Source of the DNA: Geosiphon pyriformis uo1
Taxonomy: Eukaryota; Fungi; Glomeromycota
Direction of reading: 5' to 3'
Length of the DNA: 64,000 nt
Assembly: GCA_016748015.1 (NCBI GenBank)
Contig: JAAOMT010000639.1
Location: 124,844 to 188,843 of the forward strand
The position numbers were made by a program, and so were the translations under genes. The notes beneath the pieces are model-generated. The model worked only from the letters and a program-made list of their open reading frames with translations, did not search any database and was not told where the DNA came from. Positions 1 to 12,155 of this stretch are shown piece after piece. Each line of letters starts with the position of its first letter. Within the stretch, counting starts at the first letter, position 1.

Positions 1-212
1 AGGAAAGTGGGGAGGCTCGAAGTCTTTTTTCAAGATATTGAGATATAAATTCAAGAAGTCGACTTTGAGTATTTCCCTCTATTAGCAGAATAAAAGTTAG
101 AGAGACACGACAATCAAGAAAAAATTGATAATTGAAGTTCTACTCAGAACTTGCCAGTTGGATTTTCGACATTCTTTGAAGAACTTAAAGGTTCGCGAGA
201 ATTAGAGGCCAT
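1..212 (-). CDS. 5' end of a host protein-coding gene: exon 1 at 212-155, exon 2 from 78 past the window edge; product unknown (MASNSREPLSSSKNVENPTE/GNTQSRLLEFISQYLEKRLRASPLS...)
   Basis: ATG at 212 directly after an in-frame TAA. Removing a 76-nt intron gives an open frame to the window edge. CpGs are retained here, unlike the rest of the window. Confidence 0.7.
79..154 (-). other. 76-nt GC-AG spliceosomal intron
   Basis: Donor G|GCAAGT, branch point CTAAC (100-96), T-rich tract, acceptor TAG|. The intron contains an in-frame TGA, and removing it restores the frame. Confidence 0.7.
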
Positions 213-779
213 TTATTAATTTACACAAGGTAGACGCGAACAAAAATGATCAATTAAAAAATACTTTAAAACAATTAAGCATTATTTTTTAATTATCAAA
301 TATTGCATTGATTGTTTTTAATAAATTATTTTTATAATTATGTAAATATTTTTAATAATATAAAAATAATTTAAACAATTCAGATATTTAATATTAAGCA
401 TAAATATATTAATGTATATTATAAGCAAACGAAAATAATAACAATAAAAATTTTTTTATTAATACCAATTTTAAAAAATAACAAGTATGATAAAAACATT
501 AATATTTTCAAATAACTAAGCATTTTTTATGCAAATTAAATTTTAAACTTAACTATTTTTAAAAAAATAAAACAAAGCAATAATATTTTAAATAATTAAA
601 ATATTATAAAAATAACAGAGCCAAATTATTTAACAATAAAAAAATTAAATAAAATACAGCAGTATATTTCAAAATATTATAAAAATAAACCATTCTAACA
701 ATTTTTGCAAAACTAAAACTTGTTTTATTTGATATTAAAATATACAGAATATTATAGTATTAAATAATGTTAAAAATTC

Positions 780-2535
780 TAATTTTTCTGGTAATACTTT
801 GATGTTTTCTGTATTAAGAGATTTGGTGTTCTATAATATTTTATGCTCACTCAGGAGGTTTGATATTGCATTTGTTGAACAATTGTATAATAAAAAAAAG
901 TTGGTTTTCGACTAGAAAAGCTTTTGTTATTGAAGAAAGCTCAATCTTAAAGGCCCAATTTCTATTTGATTTAAGATAATATGTAATTTTTTAATCTGTT
1001 TTGTATCTTATCTTGTTGCTCAGTTGTTTAATAAAAGTTCTTGGCCATTAACCATTTTAGTTGTTAATGATTTTTTTAAAACCAAGCTCTGTTTTTTTAA
1101 TATTAATTTGGATGTAATTAACATCTATACAAATAAGTTTTTGGAGAAGTTGGGTATGCATAAAATAAGATATGATGTAACTGCATTTTTTTCTGACTTG
1201 AATGTTAGTGTTAGTATTAAAGTTGGTGGTTTGATATTTTCTACAATGGCAGAGTTACAGATAATCACTTTGGCTTTGAAGTGTGTTTCAGCTTATAGTA
1301 TTATTATAGTATATTCAAACAATCAAGCTGTTTTAGATGCTTGTATTGCAAAATTATATATAAATTTACCAGATTTTTGTAATAGTTGTTGGCTAGAAAA
1401 ATGTTGTATTGTAAACTTAATTAGAAATAAGAAACTTAAAGTTTCTTAAAACAAAGCTAAAAGATATTCAGATGTGTTAAACAATAAGTATGCTAATAAA
1501 TTGGCTTATTTAGCTTTATATTCAGATTTGTTGTTTTCTTTTCTTATCAATAAAAGATATATTAGAACTAATAAGGTGGTGGTGTTTAAGAATATTTGTT
1601 ATTTTATTTGTGAAATTTTTAAGACTATTTATTACATGTACTGAAAGATTAAATTTGGATTTGATATTATTAATATAAGCATAACAGGAAATGTGAATTA
1701 AATTTAGATCTTTTTAATTTGGTGCCTTGATTTGTATATGACAGCTGGTTTTATAAATAAGTTTACTACTAGTTTATGTTTATATTTCATAAAAGCTCTG
1801 TATTATTATTTGTCAATTACTGTTTATAAACATTTATATAATAGAAGATATTCTAATGTTTTGTGCTTTTATTGTAAAAAGATAAAAACTTCCAATTATT
1901 TTTTTGTGTATCCAATAGACTCTACTGTTTGAGTTGATCTGTTTAGATTATGTTTGGTTTAATAAAGTGTTTTATTAAGTTTAAATTTGCTATTATCTTG
2001 TGTTTTATAAGTGTTTTTTTTATGTAATTCTAATAATACTGTTTATACTGCCTTGTGTAAGAGTTTTGTATTTAAAAAATAATGTTTGAAAACTGTGTCT
2101 GTTTTTGATAATATCAAGATTATCAATGGAAAGATTGTTGATTTGGTACAAAAATTGGAAGTGGTTTGCTGTGTTAAAATATGAATAATAAAAACTAAGT
2201 ATAAGACAATAATAAAAAAAAAAATCTGATTGCACATAATAATTTAATGTTTTCTAAAGTATATAGTCTGCTATTTCTGCTTTCTGTTGATGTTATTAAG
2301 TTGCTTAGAATTGTTAAAACACATGGTATTAGTTTTGGTTTTCAAAAACTTTGCAGTTTTTTTTTGGTACTAATAGTATAGTGTTTGTTAAAATAAATTT
2401 ATAATATTATTTTAACTGACTTAAATAGTTAGTTATATATAGAAAATGCATAATTTGTATCTAGTTTAAATCATTTAGTTTGATGTATTGTGCTAGATGA
2501 CATTTGGATCTTACTTATTAAATGAATAAAAAAAA
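780..2535 (+). mobile_element. LINE L4, 5'-truncated and decayed (RNase H, C-terminal CCHC, 3' UTR, A-tail)
   Basis: ORF 1024-1449 (IYTNKF..STMAELQ..YSNNQAV) aligns by eye with the RNase H of L1. CFYCKK..SNYFF matches the CCHC region. The 3' UTR is homologous to 45725-45850 and ends in AATAAA/poly-A. The 5' boundary is approximate. Confidence 0.8.
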
Positions 2536-2764
2536 TAATAATAATAAATATAATTCATAAATTTCAAATTTTTATTATATATTAATCCTAATTTTTTATA
2601 TTTAAATTTTATTTGAAATTTAAACTCTGTTTTTACAAGTAATTAAAAATAATTTTACAAATTTTACAATTTTATTTATTGTTATTTTAATATATTTATA
2701 TATTTTTAATATGTTTTAATATCAATTTATTAATACAAATATATATATTTTTATTTATATTAAT

Positions 2765-4670
2765 AAATAAAACCCAAATACTACATAATACTATAAATCA
2801 AACTAAGTAATTTAAACTAGATGCAAATTACATATTTTCTACATATGACCAGTTACTTAAACCAATCAAAATAATATTACAGATTTATTATAATACATAT
2901 ATTATTATTAATATTGGAAAAAAATATATATAATTTATGCAAACCAAAACAAATATCAAAAGTCTTAGTAATTCTAAGTAATTTAACTATAATATTTAAA
3001 AGCAAAAATAACAAACCACAAATTACAAAAGATACAAAATTATCACAACAAATTAAATTACTTTTTTTTATAATTATTTTATATTTAAATCTTATTAATT
3101 ATATTTTATTATATTAAATTATTTTTAAATTATATATAAAATTTACAATTTTATTAATAATAACTTTAGTATTAAATATAAACAAAGTTTTTTGATATTA
3201 ATTTTTAAAAACAATACTTTTATATAAAATAATATATAATATATTATCAGTTTTATAAGAAAAAAACAATTATAAAATACCAGATAATAATAAGTACAAC
3301 TTTAATAGAAATTTTTACAAAGTTATATATGAATTTAACAATTTTTTATAAACAATATAATTATTTTTATATATAAAAATATAATTAAAAAACTTGATTT
3401 TTTTGTACTAAGAACACAAAACACTAAAATATTTTTTATTATATAAATATTTATGTATAATAATAAATAAGTAATAATACAAAATTTTCATAAAATAAAA
3501 ACATAAACCAGTTATAAATTTATTTATAAACTTAAAAACTATATACAAGTTAAAATACCAAACCAAAAAAATTCAAACTCAATTAATATTTTTAATTAAA
3601 TTATTGTTAATAATACTAATATTTAGTTTAATCTTTTAATAAGTATAATAAACAACTTTAAAAATATTATACATAAAATACTAAACATTTTCAAAAACTA
3701 CTATTCTATTAATTTTAATATATTTTTTATAAATATAAACAAAAAACAATATATTTAAACAAATATAATATTAACAAGCTTATTAGTCTTTTTATTTTTC
3801 AAAATACTTAAATAATTTTTAATCTTAGATAAATTTATATTAAAATTTTTATATTTAATAATATATATTATATAATATTTTTTAAGTTAATACTTATTAT
3901 AAAAATTTAACAATATTATATTTAATTTAAATAAATAAATATTTAAAACAGTTTAATTATCTAAATATACTATTACAAAGCTAAAAGTTAACATATATTT
4001 TAAAGTCAAAACAACTACTTACAAGTTTGTCAACATAAAAAAACCAAATTTTATTTTAATAATAATAATTATGTTTAAATTTACAAAAAACACAATAATA
4101 TTATATTTTATTTCAAATATATTCAAGTTTTTTAAAAAACTATCTGTGTAAATATTGATTATTTTTAAGTTAGCATTAAATAAACTCTCTTTTATTACAA
4201 AAAAACTACATAAATTATATATATTAAAAGACTAAGATTTAACAGCTAAAAATAAAATAAATAATCAAAGATATTATAGCTTAAATAAATAATTATTAAT
4301 CTAAATTAATTGAAATAAGACTTTTAAAATCAAGTTTTTTTCAGTAATAAGACTTTTTTTAATTAAAAATTGGCTTATTTTTATGTAAAACTGCTCAATA
4401 AAAGCAATATCAAAATCTTTTAAATAAGTAAAAAATATTATATAAAAAAATAAATTTTTTAAAATAATAAATATTAAAGTATTATTAAAGAAATAAAATA
4501 CAAAAAACAAATTGTTTTTAAAAAAATATTATAATCCAAAAATATCTTAACAATTTTAGCTAAAAAATTATTTATTAAATTAAAATTAAATTTCACAAAA
4601 AATTGTAAAAAATAGTTAAAAAACTAATTTAATATTTATAGATCTGAAAATTTATATTTAAATAGCTAAT
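2765..4670 (-). mobile_element. LINE L0, 3' segment (oldest element, extremely AT-eroded; hosts the nest)
   Basis: 2770-2880 is the reverse complement of the LINE 3' UTR. 4540-4670 reverse-complements to the L2 region near 35980-36110. Confidence 0.75.
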
Positions 4671-5900
4671 TTAGACAGTTAGTCTGCTATTAATGCCTAC
4701 ATATCTAAAACATCTCTTGCTGTACCTAACTTTCATAATCAATGTTAGATTAAGAAATTGCATATAGTCAATCTTCTTAAGAATAAGGACATTTCTGTTA
4801 AATGAGTAAAAATTAAAAGACATTTTAGAGTGTTTGATAATGTTAGAGCTAATGTGTTAGCTAAAAAATCTACTTTCTCAACTCTTTTTTTTCCAGTTAG
4901 AATTAGGAAAAAATTTTTGGTTGCTGAAGAAACTGCAATATTTGGCAATATTTGTCATTTTGTTTGTAATCTGTACTGGTCTGTTTGCTGTGCTTATTGG
5001 AAGGCTGGTTCTGGTTTTAATATAGTTTCAAGTGTTATGATTAAGAAGATTGATTAAGATACCACTTTAAAGATTTGGCATTCTAATTCACATATGTTTG
5101 CTGAATTCATGAGTAGAAAATTGGCCAATTTGTATACATATTTGATGAAAGCTATATATAAACAGTTGTTAGTTGTAGTTAGGAAAAGACTGTACAACAG
5201 AGATTATTCTGGAGTGCAGTGCTTGCTTTATGGTAAGGTAGAATTGTTTGATTATGTCTTCACTTGTTCTGATGACTCTGGTCTCTGTGAAGATATTTTG
5301 GTTAAAACTGTTAAGAAATAGATGTTATTGTTTAGTTCTTTGTGTTTGTTTACTTCTACTGTTTTATAGTTGCTTTCGATGTGTTTTTTGGATGTAGGTT
5401 TTTACACAGCTATTTGCAAGAGTTTTGTGTTAAAGAATTGATACACTGAAACTGTTTTGGTCTTTGATAATAAAAGAAAAGCTGCATTGGCTTTTGTTAA
5501 ATTTATTAAGTTTGTGATAGAGTTGTATTGCACTAAGATATGAGTCATTAGATCTAAGCATAAAGTAAATATAGAGAAGACTGGGTTAGTCAAAGATAGT
5601 GGTATTGTGTTGGATTTGTTTTACTACATGAGATTAGTGTTATCAGATGGGGTAGTTCTCATGTTTAGTATTATAAACTTTTTTGCTATTAGATTTAATA
5701 GACATAAATTGTGTTGTTGTTTTTCTGGTTTGGGTAGTGATGTGTGTGTTCATATAAGTGTATAGTATAATCTTGTTTGGCTTAAATGACTAGCCACATG
5801 TAGATAGTGTATAAACTGTATTTAGTTGGTTTTACTTAGTTTGGTTTTATGTACTAGATAGCAATTAGACTTTATTTATTAATTACATAATAATAAAAAA
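4671..5900 (+). mobile_element. LINE L3, 5'-truncated (end of RNase H to poly-A), inserted in L0
   Basis: Translations VKIKRHFRVFDNVRAN, WHSNSHM and CLLYGKVELFDYVFTC; 3' UTR and A-tail. Probable TSD AATAGCT(A/G)AT at 4661-4670 and 5900-5909. Confidence 0.85.
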
Positions 5901-5917
5901 ATAGCTGATAAAACAAA

Positions 5918-6247
5918 AAAAACTTCTTTTTCTTTTTTATCCTAAATTTCCAAAAAAAGAGTCAAAAAGTTTTTTTTGAAAAAAGTTTTTACCATTTAGT
6001 ATAATAAATCAAAACTGTTTTTGTTTAATTACAAGACTACTATTGGTCCTAGTATTGCTGTTATAAAAAAGACTGTTAAAAGTTCTGGTTTTGGTGCTAG
6101 TTTTAAAACCATTTTGTTAAAAAAAAAGAGAAGAGGTAATGTTTTGGAAAATAGTGTTAGCAACAGAGACAATTTTAATAAAGTGCTAAATGGTCATTTT
6201 TGGGGTTTAGAGACAAACAACTTGACTGAATCTGATAGCATTATCAT
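5918..6247 (+). mobile_element. LINE L2, 5' end (5' UTR and start of ORF1), interrupted by E1
   Basis: AAACTTCTTTTTC...AAAGAGTCAAA matches the L1 5' end at about 39083. ORF1 (..TESDSII) resumes in frame at 31497 (IQEKCLVKKPSFDY) once a 4-bp duplication is removed. Confidence 0.85.
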
Positions 6248-7116
6248 TGTTACAGATGATTATTTGGAGTCTTAAATCAAATAACAAATCTATAACTTGG
6301 TGCTTGGTTGGTATTCTGGTGTTGATGTCTGAAGATTTTGTTGATCTGAAAGTTTTGTTGTGAAGTTCTTTGTATAATGAACAGAGATGGAATAGTTGTT
6401 TTTAATAGCCTCCCAGAATCGCAATTCTGTCGAATTTTTTTCTCAGCATAGTGGCTGGTAATTCTCCTGGTAAGCTATCCTCAAATCTATGAGTGTTCTA
6501 CTCTTGTTTCATGGGTCTTTTACCAGTCCCTATGATGTCTATATCTCAGTGCTTAATCTTTAATCAATTTAGTAAACAACAATAAAATCAAAGAAAAGAA
6601 AATAAAGAAAATAAAGTAAATAAAAAAAATAAAGTCAAATGCAATTGCAAGTTAGTATTCCATCAATAGCCATGATCAAGAGCTATTGTTCCAGTGTAGT
6701 CAAGTATCAATTATTATCAACATGAAGTGTTGATAGTAGGGAGTAAATTGAGATAGTGAATAATTATTTATTGATATTGGGAAATAGAAGGTTACTTAGA
6801 TCAAATCTAAACTGAGAGGTTTGTCTTTTCTACTTTTAATGCTATCATTATATATACATAATTTGGGTTTTATGAGATTGCTTACATTCTTAAGTGATGT
6901 GCTATAATTTCTCAAGCAATGTGCTGTATTTTCTTGACATTACTCCATATTGCTGAATAATATGCTATGATTTCTAACATTGCTTCATATTGCTAAGCAA
7001 TGTGCCATGATTTCTGACATTGCTCCATATTGCTGAGCAATGTGCTCACATGCTAACTACTACTCTCTTATTGGTCTACTAATTTTTTTATATTTGTTTT
7101 CTTTTTATGAGTAATA
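6248..7116 (-). repeat. E1 3' LTR (869 bp)
   Basis: Termini TGTTACA...GAGTAATA; homologous to 11310-12092 and 28340-29219; next to the PPT (reverse complement AAAAAGGAGGAGATAA, 7117-7132). Confidence 0.92.
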
Positions 7117-7131
7117 TTATCTCCTCCTTTT

Positions 7132-7767
7132 TTAATATTGAGCTCTGTCAAAATTTTTGTTTTGAATTAATTCTAATACTTCTTTTTTAAGTATTGTTTG
7201 TTCGACTCTGTTCCTCATGTTTTCTACTTGTGTATTGTTCATTCTTCCCTATTGGTTAATGGTTATGGTTTCCATGTCAGAGTGTAACAGTATTTCTGGA
7301 TAGTTTCGAAATATGTTGTGTAGTCAGTATATTGTTTTAACGTGTAGTGTTAAATTTGTTTTCTTTCTAATAAATTTTTCAATTTGTTGTATTATATTTT
7401 GGTTGAATATTCTCTTAGATTTGTCAATATACAACTCCTGAATATTCAACTTTTGACCTAACTGATAGTAGCAATATGATATTAAAAGTCATTCTGTCTA
7501 TTGCTTCCAATTTTTTTTTGTAAGCTTTTCTGTTGGTGCCATAACAAATATTTTCCCAAAAGTGTTCTTTACTTTTTCTATTAAGTTATCTGTCCAGTTT
7601 TTATTGTGCTTTGGTGGTTGCTGGTATGATGTATTCTTTGTCTTTCTTTTAGTGTTTCAATAGCAAATTATTTGGTTGTTAATAACAATTTCCATGTCTA
7701 ACTGTTGTTTACTTAAGGCCTGGAACAATTGTTGAGCTATAATGTGAATATGATCTGGTATTTCCAT
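7132..7767 (-). pseudogene. E1 ORF3 (212 codons, unknown accessory protein, MEIPDHIHIIAQQLFQAL...DRAQY*)
   Basis: Same length and sequence as E2 ORF3; TATATAAA starts at 7813; several nonsense transitions. Confidence 0.75.
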
Positions 7768-7824
7768 TTTTCTTGGTTGCTTTTGTCGCAAGTACTGTGT
7801 TCTTTTTTATATACTCTTTTGGTT

Positions 7825-8132
7825 GTTCAATTTGACATGTTCAGTTTAATAACTATGATTGGTTCCTGATTTCATGAAATCTCATCTGGTTGCACTAGTA
7901 TTTTTTGTACTCCCAGTTGTGGAATGTTATTGGTGGATTATGATGCTGTCTGGTGATATTGTTTCAGTTGATCACCATGTGCTGCTTTGGCTAAGATTTT
8001 GTTGTCCCATCTTAATTTATAAGCTCTATTTCCAAGAATTTCTTCTATGTGAAATGGTTCATTCCATTTGGAGTCAAATTTTCCACTCCATTGTTTTTCT
8101 GCCTTGGTGCGATGTAAAAGTACTTTGTCTCC
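7825..8132 (-). pseudogene. E1 integrase C-terminal remnant (GDKVLLHRTKAEKQWSGKFD..W..PF)
   Basis: Matches E2 27330-27630 and is fused directly to post-protease sequence. Confidence 0.85.
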
Positions 8133-11038
8133 TTCTGTTTTTCTTTGCCATTGTCATCCCAAGAGAGTATTGGTGGCAACATATTGTGGTCTTTATTGGT
8201 CCAGGAAACTTGATAAGCTTCTCAGGTAGGTTTCTTTTTTTCTTTTTCCACTTTGATAAGTAGGGCTGATGGCAGGGTGATGGGTTTGAAGTGGCTACAC
8301 ATGGCTGGTACTCGTGTGTGTTGGCTGTTTTGGCTAATTTGCAACTCTTGGGTGGTCCAGTTAAGCATTGTGTTTGTTTTGGACAGCCAGTCATTACCAA
8401 CTAGGGCTTGGTATTGGGTGGCTTCCATGATCAGTACTTTGATTGGTACAATTATGCCGTTGACTTCAATAGGGAAGTTGTCAATCTCACCAATGGGGGT
8501 TTCGGTTGTTTCATTGGTGGTTATAATTCTGGCACTGGCAGCACAATCAACTTAGTGACTTAATTGATCCAAGAGTTGTCTTGTGATAATGCTACCAGTT
8601 GATCTACTATTTAGTATTAGTTTAATGGCATGACCATTAACCTTTGCATCAGTGTACATAGTGGTGATTGGTTTGGTGTCAAGAGTGGCACCACTGAATA
8701 ATGAAACTGGTGTGGTTTTTTCAAATTCGAATGAAAAGATTGCAGCTAATAATTTGTTGTTAGTTATGGTGGCTGGAGGTATATTGCTGATAAGTGATTT
8801 GTGTTGGATGGGTTTCTGGTTGTTGGATAAGACATCTTCTGGGGTAACCAGGAGACTTAAATAGTTTTGAGAACTCGAGTTTTGAGTATACCTGGTTCCT
8901 GAACTCTGCTGTTGTGATTCTGATGGCTGGTTGGATGAACTGGGAATCAGTTGGTAAACAACCATCACTAATCTCCAGTTTTGGGTAATTCTTAATCTGG
9001 AGTTTTCTGATGTTATTTGAGCTGGGTTGGATGGTGGTGTTTGGACTATAGGTGTTTGATAAATTATTTGTGGCTGCAGTGGTTGATATATTATTGGTGG
9101 CTGTGGTTGATAAATTGGAGATTGATATATGAGTGGTTGATATATTGGTTGTTGCATTATTGGCAGATAAGTCAGTTAATATGGTGCTAGATTGGATTGG
9201 TAATTCGGAGTTGAAAACTGGTAATTAAGGTTTTGATATTGATTTTTCAATTGTTGGTTATCTATCTTTAACCTACAGTCAATCCTTAAATGTCCTTGTT
9301 TACCACAATAGTGACAAATATACATCTTTTGCTGCCATGGCTGATTGGATGATATTGATGGGTGCGACTGATTTGGGAAACAATTCATGTTTTCTTGGGT
9401 ATTGTGTTGTTGTGGAGGTTGATAAATTATGCAATTGTCAGCTAAGTATTTCTCTAATTTCTGATTTATTGATTCACTGAATTGCTTCAATTTGGAATCC
9501 AAATCAGATGATCTGTTCATCATTAGATTTACTGCTTGAGCATGGTTGGCTTCTAATTCAGTGGCTTCAAAATCTCTGACATTTGTGATGGCTGCTTGTA
9601 GATTAACTGGATGCATTGGACATACATATTGTAAAATGCTACTGCATAATCCTTGAATGAACTAATTTAGGATCTGGGCCACTGTAAAGTAATTAGCATT
9701 GATGGTTTGTATTTGGTGCAGATTCCTGTGGAAGTGTCCTAAGTAAGTGGTGACTGCTTCATTTTCTCTTTGCTTAATAGTAGTGAAGGTGTTTGCTAGC
9801 CAGTTAATGCTGTTGTTGTTGCTGAAATATCTTAAGAACTCAATTTTAAATGCATTAAAATCTTGGGATTTATTGATTAGGCTTTGATACCATAAATCAG
9901 CAGTATCCTGAAGAAAATATGAAATGGCTTGCATGGCTCTGACATTATTCCATCCATTGACCACTATGGCTTTTTTTATGTCATTAAGCCATACTTGGGT
10001 GTTATCTTCTTCACTGGTGAATTTTTCAAGTTTGGCTATTGGTGCGTATACCATTGGATCTAAGTTGGGTTGTAGTGGTTATTGAAGTGGTACTAGTGGC
10101 TGTTGAATCTGCTGGTGTGGTTGTTGTAGTGGCTGGCCAATTGGTTCAATTGGTGGTGGGTTAATGATAATAACAGGAAGTAGGTTTGGTTGATTAGTTA
10201 GATCGGAATTTTGATTGTTCTGATTGTGCTGTGTTTGAAAATTCAGAGTTTCAATTTCCAGATTTTTTAAATTTAGATTTTGCTAAGTCTGAAAGTTCAG
10301 GGTTTTGATTTCCAGATTTTCAGTGATCAGGTTCTGATAAGTAAATTCTTGATCTTTAGAGTTTTCTTCCTCTTTTTTTTGGTCTTTTTCTGATTCTGTT
10401 ACTTTCCAAGAACTCGTGGTTCCGAAATCTGGTTGGAATAATGGAGATTGGAGTTCTGATGGCATAGGCAATTGAGACTTAAATCCTTTGAAATACATGC
10501 TGTATGGTCCTAGAAGATCTTTTTTTTTTTGTTTACTCTGAAATGGAAATTGTCTAAAAGTTGATGTCATGTTTGATGTGGATGCACCTATAATATTGAT
10601 GGCACTTCTGGGTGTATAATGGTATGATAGATTAGTTGGTGATTCAACTCTTGTTTTCTTCTAAGTAGGTGGTTGTATCTTTTGAAGTGTTACTGCTGAT
10701 GTTTGTAATTTTTCTTTGCCTTTGTTTGTGTAGGTAATTTGATATCTTTGTTGAGTGTGAATTTCAATTTCTTTATTAATTTCAGTGAGGATTGCTGTGA
10801 AATTGTAATTTGTTGGTAGACTGGTATTCTGGATTAATTCATTGTAGAAGTTTCCTCTGGTTGAGTTAGTTTCTACTGATACTCATAGTAAATATGAGAT
10901 TTTCTTGTAGATGTAGAAATTGAAAACTGATTCTGCTGATAAGTGGTTGTCAGTTAATCATAAATGTTGACAGTAGTGTTGGAATAAGGATTTTGCAAAT
11001 CCTAAATAGTTTGTCTCTGTTTTTTTGGATTCTGCCAC
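8133..11038 (-). pseudogene. E1 gag (CCHC knuckle) and aspartic protease
   Basis: YAPIAKLEKF.. retrotransposon-gag-like region; CHYCGKQGHLRIDC; LILNSRSTGSII (decayed DSG) and ALVGNDWL. Confidence 0.88.
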
Positions 11039-11079
11039 TGTTTGAATGAGTGTTGGTGCTGGTTCTCTGTAGGATTATA

Positions 11080-11096
11080 CCTTACAGAGAGCACTA
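11080..11096 (-). promoter_or_regulatory. E1 primer-binding site (decayed TGGTGCTCCCTGTGAGG)
   Basis: Reverse complement TAGTGCTCTCTGTAAGG lies 2 nt inside the 5' LTR end at 11099. Confidence 0.8.
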
Positions 11097-11309
11097 AATG
11101 TTACAGATGATTATTTAAGATTTCAAATCAAATAACAAATCCGTAACTTGGTGCTTGGTTGGTATTTTGGTGTTAATGTCTAAAGGTTTTGTTGATCTGA
11201 AGGTTTTGTTATGGAGTTTTTTGTATAATAGACAGAGATGTAATAGTTGTTTTTAGTAGCCTCCTGGAATTACAATTCTGTTGAATTTCTTTCTCAGTGT
11301 GGTGACCAG

Positions 11310-12092
11310 TATTATTCATAGAAAAAAAAAACAGATATAGGAAAATAGGAGACCAATAGGAGAATAGTAGTTAGCATGTGAACATATTGCTTAGCAATGT
11401 GGAGTGATGTCAAGAAAATACAGCACATTGCTTAAGAAATTATAATACATTGCTTGAGAATGTGAGCAATTTCATAGAACCCAAATTATGTATATATAGT
11501 GGTAGCATTAAAAGTAAAAAAGACAGATCTCTCAGTTTAGATTTGATCTAAGCAATCCTCTATTCACAAATATTAATAAATAATTATTGACCATCTTAAT
11601 TTACTTTCCACTATTAACACTTCATGTTAATAGTAAGTAATACTTAACCACACAAGAACAATAGCTCTTGATTATGGCTATTGATGGGATACTAACTTGC
11701 AATTGCTTTCATTTATTTCTTTATTTTTATTTTTATTTTCTTTTGATTTGTCATTTCATTGGTTTTACTAAACTGATTAAAAATTAAGTGCTGAGTTATT
11801 GATGTTAAGAATAGCCTAGTAAAAGACCCCAAAGGAAGGGTATAGGAATTAAAAATTTAAGAATAGCTTACCAGAAAGGCATCTCTGTCAAGATTACTGG
11901 CCACTATGTTGAGAAAAAAATTTGACAAAACTGTGGTTTTGGGAGGCTATGAGAAAGACAACACTTGAATCTCTGTCTATTATACAAAAGACTCCACAAC
12001 AAAACCTTCAGATATTGACACCAGAATACCAACCAAGCACCAAGTTACAGATTTGTTATTTGACTTGAGACTCCAAATAATCATCTGTAATA
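11310..12092 (+). repeat. E2 5' LTR (783 bp)
   Basis: TATTATTCATA...CTGTAATA (decayed TG..CA); TATATATA at 11491; followed by the PBS. Confidence 0.93.
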
Positions 12093-12094
12093 TT

Positions 12095-12112
12095 TGGTGC
12101 TCCCTGTGAGGT
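12095..12112 (+). promoter_or_regulatory. E2 PBS TGGTGCTCCCTGTGAGGT
   Basis: Starts with TGG 2 nt after the LTR; complementary to a tRNA 3' end ACCUCACAGGGAGCACCA. Confidence 0.92.
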
Positions 12113-12155
12113 ATAATCCTACAGAAAACCAGCACCAACTACACTTATCTCAAAA

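Noticed and set aside
260-780. AT-rich tract, possibly another eroded element (also 2540-2765)
   Set aside because: I could not align it convincingly to any element in the window, so it is left unassigned.
7859-8263. Hydrophobic ORFs that might be Env or membrane proteins (also 14265-14477, 45135-45716, 60407-60907)
   Set aside because: Antisense or off-frame shadows of retroelement ORFs with skewed base composition; not conserved between copies.
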